Positions 36,270-45,829 of a stretch of 64,000 nt of DNA are shown piece by piece (positions within the stretch are counted from its first letter, which is position 1; each line of letters opens with the position of its first letter). The position numbers and the translations under genes are program-made. Under the pieces are notes generated by a model. It had not been told where the DNA came from and made no database searches. It saw only the letters and a list, made by a program, of their open reading frames with translations. Source of the DNA: an uncultured Lachnospiraceae bacterium (GTDB taxonomy: Bacteria; Bacillota; Clostridia; Christensenellales; UBA1242); the NCBI GenBank assembly GCA_964631405.1, contig CAZVYB010000001.1, positions 4,435 to 68,434 of the forward strand, in the 5' to 3' direction.

Positions 36270-39200
36270 TTATTCTTCAATTGAAGAGTTTTTGCGTTCT
36301 GCTTTGTATTGCTCTTTGGCAATTTTCTTTTCGGCAGAGAATTTTGCCTCTTCTTCCATAACAATTTTATTTTCAATTGAAAGGAGATATTCGGCAGTCA
36401 TAACATTATCAATTTTCTCTTTGATGATGTTGATTTTTTCGTTTATTCTTGCAACAGAAGAGTTGTATTTTTTGAATGCCTTTTCCATCTCACGAGTGAG
36501 TTTTCCGTTTGATGTATTTCTGCTTTCTCTTACAAATTCTTTGTGCTTCATTTCAAGTTCTGCCCTGTCATTTTCAAGCATTTTCTTTGCATTTTGAAGG
36601 TCTGCAACCTCTTTGTCACGACGCTTCTTTGCCTCAGCCATCACAACATCGTGGTCAAGACTAAGTTTTCTATCGTAATTTTCTTTTTTAAGTTTGTTGA
36701 TTTTTTTGATTTTGATTTTTCTCAATGCAAAGCCAATGATTGCAATTATAAGTGCAACGCCCATAATGATAGAAGGTATCAAAAGCCAAGCAGAATCGTC
36801 GCTTTCTGAAGTTGTATCTTCGGTGTCTTCCTCTTCTTCCTCAGCCTGTTCACTTTGCACTGTTGTGAAAGTTGTCTTTTCATAAGTTGGAAGCAGGTTT
36901 GCAGAAGCATATTCGTCACTGTTTGATGCCTCGATGTTGAAGTTTGTCAAAAGGGCAGTGCCTGTTGTTTGGTCACAATCAGAGATAAGAGAGAATATGA
37001 AGTTTGCCTCAGTTTCTGTTTCGCATTTGAAATATATGGTGTATGATTTAAGCGTTCCGTCAGTCACAATGTTTTTGATTGCGTCAAAGCCGTCCATTGA
37101 AATTGAAACGCCGTATCCACAATCGTGCTCGTCACTGCCGGCATCTTTTGCCTCGTCGTTGAAGATTGTTGCAAGGTCAAAGGTGAGTTTATAGTAAGAA
37201 TCAGATGCAAAATCAAATTTGTATTTTGAAGAGAGCGAAGCCTTGCTTGCCACTTTGGTTGAAAGTACAAGGAAGTTTGATTTGTCGTTTGTCAAGCCGT
37301 AAGGGTTGTCCTCTCCATTTACGATACCGCCCTCAGCACCAGCCTCACTGCCTTGATATCCATTGTCATATATTTCGTCAACTGCAAAATTGAAAGCAGG
37401 GGAGGAGGTCAATTCGTTTGAAATTTTTCCGTTTGTTTCAAGAGAGAGGAAATAGTCGCTACAATCGGCATTGAATTTGCTTGAAGCGAAGGTTTCTTCG
37501 TCGGCTTCGCTGATTGCAAAGTTGTCAAGATAAACAAGCCCGCCAACCTTTTTGCCTTCTTCATTTTCGCCAAGGTGAACAACAACTTGAATGTCGTGCG
37601 TCACCATCTCGGCGGTGTGAAGATAGATTTCCATTTTGTCCCAATTGTCAAGACTTGAAATGCCATCTTGTGAGAAAAGGGTGATTCCATTTTCGTCAAT
37701 GATTTCCACTTTGATTGAAGAAGGGTTTAAACTTCCAAACAATTGGTTGTAATAGTCGAAAGAAATTTTATAGTAAGAGTTTTTTGCAAGAGAATAAACA
37801 GAAGAAGTCAAAGATTGGTATGAGTTTTGTCTATTGAACATCATATAAACATTGTTTGTTATGGCATTGGTGCTTGATTTAGGAGAAATTCCAGCCCAGT
37901 CGTATTTCCCTGAATACATAGATTTGTACTCGTCGTCTTTGCCAATGTAAATTACTCCACTTTCGTTGTACTGCTCCTTCTCAATTGCCTTTGTCCAATC
38001 ATTTGCGGTGAGAGGGTAGGCATCTTTTGCATCAGAATACTCAGTGCTGTTGAAATATGGGTTTGAGAAACCAGTTGAAGAACCACTGTATGACTTCAAT
38101 TCCAATTTGTCAGTCGCATTTGAAAATTCTTCTGTACCAACAATTTCAACTTCAATGTTGTCGACAACAACACAGCCATATGCATTTGAGGTTGCGTCTC
38201 CAAGCCAAAGTTCTAAATTGACAGAGGTGTTGAAAAGGTCATAGCCTCTTACAAAAAATTCAATTGTTTGATAGTCGTTTGTCCAGTCATTGTCTGTGTT
38301 TGAGGTGTACCCACTTGTTTTTTGGCTGTTAAGTTCATAGAAGATGTCGCTATCCTCGTCACCACTAAACTCAGTAGGGTAGAGCGAATATATGCTTTCA
38401 TTTTCACTTACTTGCACATAGAAAGAGCCCTCTTTCATGCCGGCAACCTTCATTTTCATTGAAATTTTGTATGCTGTGTGAGCCTTGATTTCAATGTTTT
38501 GTGATTTGATACCAATGTGGTTTGTGTAACTTGAATTTGAGGTGGTATATAGCACCAAAGATTTGTCGTTGTTAAAACTAAGGTCATCGCCAACATAGTC
38601 GAAGCCGGTAAGATTTTTAAAGCCCTCCTCTTCTGCGGAAGAAATGGTTTTGGCGAAGCCGTTTACATTGCTGATTGTTTCCCACCCAGTCAAGCCATCT
38701 TCAAAATCAAAGTTGTAAGTGTCGTGATTTGAGATATAGTTTGGAAGGGTTTTAAGCCCGCTTACAAGAAAAACTGTGTTGTTATTTAGTGATTGATAGT
38801 TATCGGTAAAATCATAACCATGCTTTGAAGCAATGTCATAGAAAAGATTTTCGCTATATTTTTCAATGTGGCAGTCGTCGAAGAAAACCGCACCTTGACT
38901 TTTTGCACCATTTGCCGAGCCAAGATATAGGTCGATAGTCACAGTTTGCTCTGTATCGCCAGTTGCAATAAAGAAGTAATAGTCTGTCCAACTGCTTGGC
39001 GAGATGTTTTCGACACCAACTTGCATGGTCTTACCGTCAAGGTCAACAAGTCCAGAAATATATATTGATGCATTCACATAGTCGTCGCCGTTAAGCATTG
39101 TGAGGGCAGAGACCTTGAAAGAGTAGTAAGAATTTTTTGCCAAAGATACAGAAGTTGAACGATAGCCCTTTTTGGCGTCGATATGATGTTGCTCATTATT

Positions 39201-39602
39201 TGCCTTTGAGTTTATCATCAAGATGCGGGTGTCGCTGGTATCTTTGCACTCAGGGTTTGCATTGAGCATATAGGTATCTTTATATTTAGAGAAGGTTGCA
39301 GTTTCGCCATCGCCTTCACTCATTTGCCCACTGCCCACATCAATAATCATGCCAGTCGCACGACTTTCACTTTCAATAGCACTCCAAGAAGAGAGAGTGC
39401 CACTTGAATAAGGCTTGCTTCCAGTTTGAAAGGAGTCGTTTTCAAGAGAAACTTCTTCGTTGTGAGAAGTCGCATAAGAAAGAGCCTCTGCCTTTTTGCT
39501 GAGTGCAGAAGAGGATAGAGAAATCCCCCCAAAGAGTGCCACAGGGAAGAGCAGAACGGCAGATAATTTTAAACATTTAGAGTTGGTTTTAATTTTAGTC
39601 AT
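36270..39602 (-). CDS. Large type I membrane-anchored surface protein with four CBM/jelly-roll-like units and a Lys/Glu-rich coiled-coil cytoplasmic tail
   Basis: Signal peptide. Four units each end in a (V/L)x(F/L)D(D/N)..IE strand (VFFDDCHIEKY, VVVDNIEVEIV, VYLDNFAISEA, LLTNFNIEAS). Acidic linker EEEEEDTEDTTSESDD. TM WLLIPSIIMGVALIIAIIGFAL. ~150-aa charged tail. Confidence 0.8.
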   Translation of the reverse strand: MTKIKTNSKCLKLSAVLLFPVALFGGISLSSSALSKKAEALSYATSHNEEVSLENDSFQTGSKPYSSGTLSSWSAIESESRATGMIIDVGSGQMSEGDGETATFSKYKDTYMLNANPECKDTSDTRILMINSKANNEQHHIDAKKGYRSTSVSLAKNSYYSFKVSALTMLNGDDYVNASIYISGLVDLDGKTMQVGVENISPSSWTDYYFFIATGDTEQTVTIDLYLGSANGAKSQGAVFFDDCHIEKYSENLFYDIASKHGYDFTDNYQSLNNNTVFLVSGLKTLPNYISNHDTYNFDFEDGLTGWETISNVNGFAKTISSAEEEGFKNLTGFDYVGDDLSFNNDKSLVLYTTSNSSYTNHIGIKSQNIEIKAHTAYKISMKMKVAGMKEGSFYVQVSENESIYSLYPTEFSGDEDSDIFYELNSQKTSGYTSNTDNDWTNDYQTIEFFVRGYDLFNTSVNLELWLGDATSNAYGCVVVDNIEVEIVGTEEFSNATDKLELKSYSGSSTGFSNPYFNSTEYSDAKDAYPLTANDWTKAIEKEQYNESGVIYIGKDDEYKSMYSGKYDWAGISPKSSTNAITNNVYMMFNRQNSYQSLTSSVYSLAKNSYYKISFDYYNQLFGSLNPSSIKVEIIDENGITLFSQDGISSLDNWDKMEIYLHTAEMVTHDIQVVVHLGENEEGKKVGGLVYLDNFAISEADEETFASSKFNADCSDYFLSLETNGKISNELTSSPAFNFAVDEIYDNGYQGSEAGAEGGIVNGEDNPYGLTNDKSNFLVLSTKVASKASLSSKYKFDFASDSYYKLTFDLATIFNDEAKDAGSDEHDCGYGVSISMDGFDAIKNIVTDGTLKSYTIYFKCETETEANFIFSLISDCDQTTGTALLTNFNIEASNSDEYASANLLPTYEKTTFTTVQSEQAEEEEEDTEDTTSESDDSAWLLIPSIIMGVALIIAIIGFALRKIKIKKINKLKKENYDRKLSLDHDVVMAEAKKRRDKEVADLQNAKKMLENDRAELEMKHKEFVRESRNTSNGKLTREMEKAFKKYNSSVARINEKINIIKEKIDNVMTAEYLLSIENKIVMEEEAKFSAEKKIAKEQYKAERKNSSIEE

Positions 39603-39630
39603 AGTTCACCTTTTAAATACTTACCTTTGT

Positions 39631-39659
39631 AGTATACAACATTTCGTCCAAACAATCAA
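39631..39659 (-). promoter_or_regulatory. Promoter of the 1110-aa surface protein gene
   Basis: Minus strand TTGATT (39659-54), 17-nt spacer, TATACT (39636-31); RBS AAAGGTG before the ATG. Confidence 0.5.
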
Positions 39660-39807
39660 ACAAATTTTGGCATTTAATGATAATAATTGCACAGAATTTT
39701 CAATTTTTTTGTGCTTAGTAATTAAATTGGAAGAAATTGCAGATAATATGTTGCGAAAATAAAATAAGTCAATACTCGACAAAAGTAGACAAAAGGGTGA
39801 TAAAAAC

Positions 39808-40227
39808 ATGAAAAAATCAAAAAAAAGTGTAAAAAACAATAAAAAACAAGGAGAAAAGGGGAAATCTTTTTCAAAAAAACAAAAACTTTTGCTCCTTCTT
39901 TCTGGCGGAGTGATAGGACTGCTTAACGGTTTTTTCGGAGGTGGAGGGGGCATGATTTGCGTGCCAATTTTGCAAAAGGTGCTTTCACTTGACGCAAAAC
40001 GCTCTCATGCAACGGCAATTGCGGTGATTTTTCCACTCAGTTTGATTTCAGCATTCGTTTATGTCATAAATGGCTACATATCCTCTTTCCCTTTGCTGAC
40101 AATTGGGCTTGGCGTGGTGGCGGGGGGAATAACGGGTGCGTTTGCCCTTAAATTTTTGCCCCCTAAAATTATAAGACTGATTTTCGCAATGGTGATGTTT
40201 GTGGGAGGGCTTAGGCTTATCATATGA
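39808..40227 (+). CDS. TSUP (TauE/SafE) family transporter, N-terminal-type half (4 TM)
   Basis: Lys-rich N-terminus, then LLNGFFGGGGGMICVPIL glycine motif; about four TM helices. Confidence 0.75.
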   Translation: MKKSKKSVKNNKKQGEKGKSFSKKQKLLLLLSGGVIGLLNGFFGGGGGMICVPILQKVLSLDAKRSHATAIAVIFPLSLISAFVYVINGYISSFPLLTIGLGVVAGGITGAFALKFLPPKIIRLIFAMVMFVGGLRLII

Positions 40228-40622
40228 ACATATTTATAACAATCATTATATATGCACTGCTAGGCTTTGCCTCTGGGATATTTGGCGGACTTGGTATGGG
40301 TGGCGGTACACTTTTGATACCACTGTTAAATATCGCACTGGGACTTGACCAAAAACTTTGTCAGGGGATAAACTTGGTGTCTTTTTTGGTGATGGCACTT
40401 TTTTCGCTGATAATACATTTTAAAAACGGGTATGTTCAGACGAGAGGGATTTTTTATATCATTGTCAGCGGACTTGTTTTCTCTCTTGCAGGGGCGTTTC
40501 TTGCGGGTTGTTTGCCAAGCAAGACGCTAAAAGTTGCATTCGGGGTGTTTTTGTGCATATTGTCAGTGGTGCAGATTATCCAAGCACTCTTTAAGAAGAA
40601 GGGAGATAAAAAACAAAAATAA
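40224..40622 (+). CDS. TSUP (TauE/SafE) family transporter, second half (4 TM)
   Basis: ATGA overlap with previous gene; IFGGLGMGGGTLLIPLL glycine motif; about four TM helices. Confidence 0.75.
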   Translation: MNIFITIIIYALLGFASGIFGGLGMGGGTLLIPLLNIALGLDQKLCQGINLVSFLVMALFSLIIHFKNGYVQTRGIFYIIVSGLVFSLAGAFLAGCLPSKTLKVAFGVFLCILSVVQIIQALFKKKGDKKQK

Positions 40623-40627
40623 ATAGG

Positions 40628-40668
40628 TCATTGCATATTGGGGGATAAGTTTTTTGCAATGATTTTTT
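40628..40668 (+). terminator. Terminator after TSUP pair
   Basis: TCATTGCA/TGCAATGA 8-bp stem (19-nt loop) followed by T6. Confidence 0.55.
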
Positions 40669-40750
40669 AATTTGTATATTTTAAAAGTTGATTTTTTTGA
40701 TTTTTATAAAACAATTTCTTGCTTTTGGGATATGATTTTTTATTTTTTAG

Positions 40751-40779
40751 TTTACAACGCCGTCAAAATATGCTAAAAT
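40751..40779 (+). promoter_or_regulatory. Promoter of ferredoxin / Ppx-like operon
   Basis: TTTACA, 17-nt spacer, TAAAAT with TGc extended -10. Confidence 0.5.
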
Positions 40780-40798
40780 ACAGCCAATGGAGGAATAC

Positions 40799-40972
40799 AT
40801 GATAGATAAGAAAAAATGCATCAGTTGCGGAACTTGCGTTGCAATTTGCCCAGTGGGAGCAATCGGTTTTGATGGCGACGGTAAGGCTGTTGTAGATAGG
40901 AAGAAATGTATTCGTTGTGGGGCTTGCGTGGCAAGTTGCCCGGTAGAAGCAATCAAATTGGAGGATAAATAG
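40799..40972 (+). CDS. 2x[4Fe-4S] ferredoxin
   Basis: Two CxxCxxCxxxCP clusters (CISCGTCVAICP, CIRCGACVASCP); ATG 40799 follows GGAGGA, so it is preferred over 40787. Confidence 0.9.
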   Translation: MIDKKKCISCGTCVAICPVGAIGFDGDGKAVVDRKKCIRCGACVASCPVEAIKLEDK

Positions 40973-42457
40973 ATGGAGAAAGTTGCGATTATTGACCTTA
41001 GCGAAACCTCGCTTGACCTGACTATATACAAGGTTTCTGGAGGAAAGAGTGAACTTGCCTTGACAGAAAATCAATCTTTTGCCATCGGAAAGGAAATCAC
41101 GAGGGAGGAACTTTTAAGCCCTCAATTGAAAAATTCAATCATTGAAATTTTAAAGGTATATCGCAAAATGATTGAAGCATACGATGTGCAGAAAATCATA
41201 CCAGTTGTGACAGGATATATCACTAAAGCGAGAAATTATCGCGGATTTTTGGACGAGATATACAATAATACAGGACTCAGTTTTACAATTGTCAGCGAAG
41301 AAGAACGCATGAAACACCTTTTCGCCTCCGTCATTGGAACAATTGATTGTACAAAGGGTATGTTTATTGAAGTTGGTGCATACACGACAAATATTGTCAA
41401 ATTCAATAGACGCACAGTGCTTGAAAACATTTCATTGCCATACGGCTCATACAATGCAGGGGAAATTGACGAAAACCTTGACACAGTTGTGAAAACAATC
41501 AAAAAACAAATCAATCCAAAGGGCTTTACCGATGAGGCTGATGATGACTATAAAATCGTAGGTGTTGGCAAGGCGTTTGTTAGTATGGGAAAACTTGCAA
41601 AGAAGATTGAAAGATATCCACTTGATGTCGATAACGCATATGTTGTTGGCAGGGAAATTCTTGATAAAACATTCACCTTCATAAAGGGGTTGGAACTTGA
41701 TAAGATAAGAAAAATCAAAGGAATTGATGACGAGGACGCACCACAAATCGCATCGGGAATGGCAATTATAAAGGCGATTTACGAGGCACTTAAAATACAA
41801 TCGGTGATTGTTTCAAACGCCGACCTTGAATATGGGGTGCTTTCAAACAATGTGCTTTCACTTTCAGCTGATAGATTTAATGATGTGCTTGCCTGCTCGC
41901 TTGAAAGTTATTTTGAGTTTAATAAAAACGAATTTTCAAATAACGATAATGTATACAATATGGCAATTGTGCTTTTCAAACAATTGAAAGTTATGCACAA
42001 ACTTTCAAGATACTATGTAAAACCGCTTCGAATTGCGGCATTTATGTATGATAGTGGAAAGTGTATCAATCAAGAAAACTTTGCAAAACATGGCTTTGAA
42101 AAAATTGTATATTCGGGATTGAAAGGGGTTGGACATAAAGAACTTCTGCTTGCTGGCTTTGTATGCGTATGCCAAAAACTTGATAACTTCTCACTCAATG
42201 AATGGATAAAATATAAGGACATTTTGGGAGATGAAGAACTTGAAGCGGTAAGAAAACTCGGCGTCATTTTGGGACTTGCCGTTGCACTTAACGCATCAAG
42301 AAAACCAATTGTACAAGATGTTATGTGCGACATTCTTGGGGACTCAATCATAATGAAGACGGTTGTCACTGGTGACGCTGGATATGAACTGCTTGAAGGC
42401 ATGAAAGTTGCCTCAGATTATAAAAAAGTATATAAAAAGAGCCTTCAAATTATTTAA
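40973..42457 (+). CDS. Ppx/GppA-family (ASKHA + HD-like) protein with degenerate catalytic motifs
   Basis: Collinear with exopolyphosphatase: IIDLSETS (vs DLGSNS), TGYITKARN..FTIVSEEERM, IEVGAYTT (vs DIGGGST), C-terminal FMYDSGK (vs LHDIGK). Start abuts the ferredoxin stop. Confidence 0.65.
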   Translation: MEKVAIIDLSETSLDLTIYKVSGGKSELALTENQSFAIGKEITREELLSPQLKNSIIEILKVYRKMIEAYDVQKIIPVVTGYITKARNYRGFLDEIYNNTGLSFTIVSEEERMKHLFASVIGTIDCTKGMFIEVGAYTTNIVKFNRRTVLENISLPYGSYNAGEIDENLDTVVKTIKKQINPKGFTDEADDDYKIVGVGKAFVSMGKLAKKIERYPLDVDNAYVVGREILDKTFTFIKGLELDKIRKIKGIDDEDAPQIASGMAIIKAIYEALKIQSVIVSNADLEYGVLSNNVLSLSADRFNDVLACSLESYFEFNKNEFSNNDNVYNMAIVLFKQLKVMHKLSRYYVKPLRIAAFMYDSGKCINQENFAKHGFEKIVYSGLKGVGHKELLLAGFVCVCQKLDNFSLNEWIKYKDILGDEELEAVRKLGVILGLAVALNASRKPIVQDVMCDILGDSIIMKTVVTGDAGYELLEGMKVASDYKKVYKKSLQII

Positions 42458-42474
42458 ATTTTAAATTATGAAAA

Positions 42475-42527
42475 GACGCCCATAGCCCAACTTGCCTGTT
42501 TGAGCCGAGTTTGGGCGGGGCGTTTTT
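42475..42527 (+). terminator. Terminator after Ppx-like gene
   Basis: ACGCCC/GGGCGT outer stem with inner CCCAA/TTGGG, T5 run. Confidence 0.7.
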
Positions 42528-42585
42528 GATAAATTTAAGTATATAATTGTAGAGATTTGACTAATCTATGATAGAGGAGAAAAAA

Positions 42586-43920
42586 ATGAAGAACACATGG
42601 GCAAAACTGACAATTTCAATGATTTTGGTGCTGGTGGTATCATTTTTAGGCACACATTTTCTTGTGCCACTGCTGAATAGAAAATCATATTCACAAACCG
42701 CTTGCTTAACAGACCAAATCACAGAAAGTATGGATATTTATGACATCGCAAAACTATATAGGGATAACCTTGCCACAGTCGCAGTCACAGTGCAGGGGAA
42801 TAATAATGTGGACGGATACACATACACCTCACTTGGAAGCGGTGTTTGCGTTGCTTCAAACGGATATGAAACAACAGACCTTGAAACAAACATTGTTGCA
42901 AGCACGGGCAGTTATGTTGCCACAAACTATCATGTGATTGACATGATGCTTTCAAATGATTTTTCGGGCACATCACTTAAAATCATCACAGAGGAGGAGG
43001 TTGAATATTCGGCACAACTGCTTTGGCATAGCAAAGACCTTGACCTTGCCCTTATTTATACAGACAAAAACCTAGATTATGTCAAAATGCAAGACAGGGT
43101 GATTTTCTGCACAGAAGAGGATAAACTAGACTATGAACCTGCATTCACAATTGGCACACCGCTGGAGTTGTCATACCTTAACCGCCTTACAATTGGCTCA
43201 ATTGCAAGCAATAACACAATGATAATGCCAAGTGCTGAGTATATTTATCCATATACTTCTGGTGGAGAACTTAAATATTCAAACTACTATTCATACGCTC
43301 ATAGCGACGAGGTTATTGTTATGAGCAACACTTATGAAGATGTTGTTGATATTTCAATTGGCATCACAAGCGGAAACTCAGGTGGCGGTTGCTTTGATAG
43401 TAATGGCGTACTTGTGGGACTTACAACGCTGGGGCTAGACGCAAGCGTAACAGCAGGAAATCAAATGAATGGCATTGTTCCAATTTACCCAATCATTGAG
43501 GTTCTTGATAGGGTGATTGCAAACAAGGAACAAAACGCAAACTACTCAATCCATACACTTGAAAGCCTTGACATAGTGGGCATTGATGCATATGAGGCAT
43601 ACTACTGCTCACTTTTCCAAGAGGAAGAGGGGGTTGCTTACTATTTTATCGACGGAAATTTCTTTTCAACAAGCCAGTATGCAAACGCCTTCAATTTTTC
43701 TTCAACTGGATATTATATTTTGAAAAATAACGGAAGCGTGTCAAACCTTACAGCAGGAAAAACCATAACAGGTTGCACCATAAATGGCGAAACAAACTTT
43801 GAAATTGTTGATAGAAATGACCTCATTTATGCACTCTTACAGATAAGAGATGGCGATAATGTGACTTTCACAAGCACAAACATTTTGGGATATTCAAGTT
43901 ATACACAAGTTCAGTTTTAA
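42586..43920 (+). CDS. Membrane-anchored trypsin-like (S1) serine protease
   Basis: N-terminal TM; His ATNYHVI, Asp DLDLALIY, Ser GNSGGGCF; ATG 42586 preceded by AGAGGAG. Confidence 0.8.
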   Translation: MKNTWAKLTISMILVLVVSFLGTHFLVPLLNRKSYSQTACLTDQITESMDIYDIAKLYRDNLATVAVTVQGNNNVDGYTYTSLGSGVCVASNGYETTDLETNIVASTGSYVATNYHVIDMMLSNDFSGTSLKIITEEEVEYSAQLLWHSKDLDLALIYTDKNLDYVKMQDRVIFCTEEDKLDYEPAFTIGTPLELSYLNRLTIGSIASNNTMIMPSAEYIYPYTSGGELKYSNYYSYAHSDEVIVMSNTYEDVVDISIGITSGNSGGGCFDSNGVLVGLTTLGLDASVTAGNQMNGIVPIYPIIEVLDRVIANKEQNANYSIHTLESLDIVGIDAYEAYYCSLFQEEEGVAYYFIDGNFFSTSQYANAFNFSSTGYYILKNNGSVSNLTAGKTITGCTINGETNFEIVDRNDLIYALLQIRDGDNVTFTSTNILGYSSYTQVQF

Positions 43921-43938
43921 TTTGCGAAGGAGGAATGT

Positions 43939-44940
43939 ATGAATAAGATAAGATATGCCATAGAAATAGGCGGTTCGTACACAAAAATATATGTCAAAGA
44001 CGAGGGCTTTGCACTTTGCGAACCAACCCTTATTTCAGCAGAGCCAACCCCACAGGGCTATCAAATTGTGGGCAAGGGCATAGATGCCAAAAATATGATG
44101 GGCAAAACCCATGATGGCGTTGAAGTTTTCAGCCCAATTTCCAATGGCGAGATAATCAATTATGAATATTTGAAAGAACTTCTTTCATATTTCCTCGCAA
44201 AGGTGGATTTTAGGAAGAATAAAGACTCTTGCATCGTGCTTATAAACTGCGGGCTTAGCGGAGAGGAAAAACAAAACTTTTTGCATCTTTTCCATGATGT
44301 AGGCTTTCGTGAAGTGCATCTTGTGCCGACGGTACTTTGCACCTGCATAGGGACTGGCAAAAACATTTCTTCAACCAAGACAAACATGATGGTCAATGTT
44401 GGTGGTGCAAATACAGATATCGCCGTTGTGAATATGAACTGCATTGTCAAGGGGGCGACACTTGGACTTGGCGGAAGGGCGGTTGATGTTGCCATCGCAA
44501 ACCAAATCGCATACAATCACGGTATTGTTGTGGGACTTGGTACAATTGAAAGACTTAAAATTCAGGTGGGAAGCCTATACCAAAATGATACACTTAATAT
44601 GGAGATTACAGGCATTGATGTTGAAAGCAAAGTTCCTCGCTCATACATCATCTCTTCAAATGACCTTTTGCCGGTGCTAGAACCATTTTTTGAGGAAATC
44701 ATCAGGGCAATAGATGTCACAATCACCTCATTGCCACCAGAACTTTCAACAGACATCATCAATAACGGTGTACTTTTTGCTGGCGGAATGAGCAAAATTG
44801 CAGGACTTGAAAACTTTTTGAGAAGAAATTTCAGATACCCATTCAAGATTGTTGATGACGCAGAAAATGTATCAATTTTAGGTGCGGGAAAACTTCTTGA
44901 CGACCCAGAACTGCTTGAAACAATCATTCAAAATGCATAA
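43939..44940 (+). CDS. mreB: MreB/Mbl-family actin-like protein (divergent)
   Basis: Collinear with MreB: IEIGGSYTKIYV, NVGGANTDIAVV, LFAGGMSKIAGLENFL; no mreC/mreD downstream. Confidence 0.75.
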   Translation: MNKIRYAIEIGGSYTKIYVKDEGFALCEPTLISAEPTPQGYQIVGKGIDAKNMMGKTHDGVEVFSPISNGEIINYEYLKELLSYFLAKVDFRKNKDSCIVLINCGLSGEEKQNFLHLFHDVGFREVHLVPTVLCTCIGTGKNISSTKTNMMVNVGGANTDIAVVNMNCIVKGATLGLGGRAVDVAIANQIAYNHGIVVGLGTIERLKIQVGSLYQNDTLNMEITGIDVESKVPRSYIISSNDLLPVLEPFFEEIIRAIDVTITSLPPELSTDIINNGVLFAGGMSKIAGLENFLRRNFRYPFKIVDDAENVSILGAGKLLDDPELLETIIQNA

Positions 44941-44959
44941 CTGACCAAATTTGACAATA

Positions 44960-44992
44960 AAGGGAGGAAAACGACAAGCCTTCCCTTTTTTT
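44960..44992 (+). terminator. Terminator after mreB-like gene
   Basis: AGGGAGG/CCTTCCCT stem followed by T7. Confidence 0.7.
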
Positions 44993-45035
44993 GTTACACC
45001 ATTTTTTGGTACAATGAAAGGCAGAAGGGGGCATT

Positions 45036-45827
45036 ATGGCAAGAAAAATTGTTATGACAAGCGGAAAGGGAGGGGTTGGAAAAACCACAGTGTGTGCAAA
45101 CCTTGGCACAAACCTTGCAAAACTAGGCTTTCGAGTCGCCCTTTTTGACGCCGATATAGGACTTAATAATCTTGATGTGGTTATGGGTATTGAAGGACAG
45201 GTGGTGTTTGATATAACAGATGTGGTTATGGGCAGATGCCGTGCAAAACAGGCACTGGTTCAGGTCAAAAACCTTTCTTCACTTTATGTTATGCCCTCAT
45301 CTCACGCATACCATAAATCAAATGTTCAGGGAGAGAACATCAAAAATGTCATGGAACAACTTGACAGCAGTTTTGACTATATTTTGATAGATTGCCCGGC
45401 GGGGGTGGAAGCGGGCTTTCATAGGGCGGTTTATTCGGCAAATGAGGCACTTGTGGTTGTCACACCACACCTTTCATCAATTCGTGACGCAGACAAGGTG
45501 CTTGGTATTTTGGAGGAATATGACCTGTCAAACAAAAGCCTTGTCATAAATCGCATGAGGGGGGATATGCTACTAAACGGCGATATTATGACAATAGAAA
45601 ACATAGTAGAAGCACTCGGGTTGCCTCTCGTAGGCGTCATTCCAGAAGACGATATGGTTTGCTCTTCTTGTTCGGTTGGCGGACGATTGCAATCGGGGGA
45701 GAGCCAAAGGGCGTTCACACTGCTTAGCGAAAATATCCATAACGGCTCGAAAAAGATTTTTGATTGCACATATAAATATCGCGGACTTATGGGCTATCTA
45801 AAACGAAATATCAAAAAGAGGGTATAA
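45036..45827 (+). CDS. minD: Septum site-determining ATPase MinD
   Basis: Deviant Walker A SGKGGVGKTT, DADIGLNNLD, IDCPAG; C-terminal amphipathic helix GLMGYLKRNIKKRV. Confidence 0.92.
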   Translation: MARKIVMTSGKGGVGKTTVCANLGTNLAKLGFRVALFDADIGLNNLDVVMGIEGQVVFDITDVVMGRCRAKQALVQVKNLSSLYVMPSSHAYHKSNVQGENIKNVMEQLDSSFDYILIDCPAGVEAGFHRAVYSANEALVVVTPHLSSIRDADKVLGILEEYDLSNKSLVINRMRGDMLLNGDIMTIENIVEALGLPLVGVIPEDDMVCSSCSVGGRLQSGESQRAFTLLSENIHNGSKKIFDCTYKYRGLMGYLKRNIKKRV

Positions 45828-45829
45828 AT

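Noticed and set aside
40747-41074. Minus-strand ORFs (94 and 103 aa) antisense to the ferredoxin gene
   Set aside because: They are mirror frames of the Cys-codon-rich, internally symmetric ferredoxin gene. The plus-strand product has two perfect CxxCxxCxxxCP clusters.
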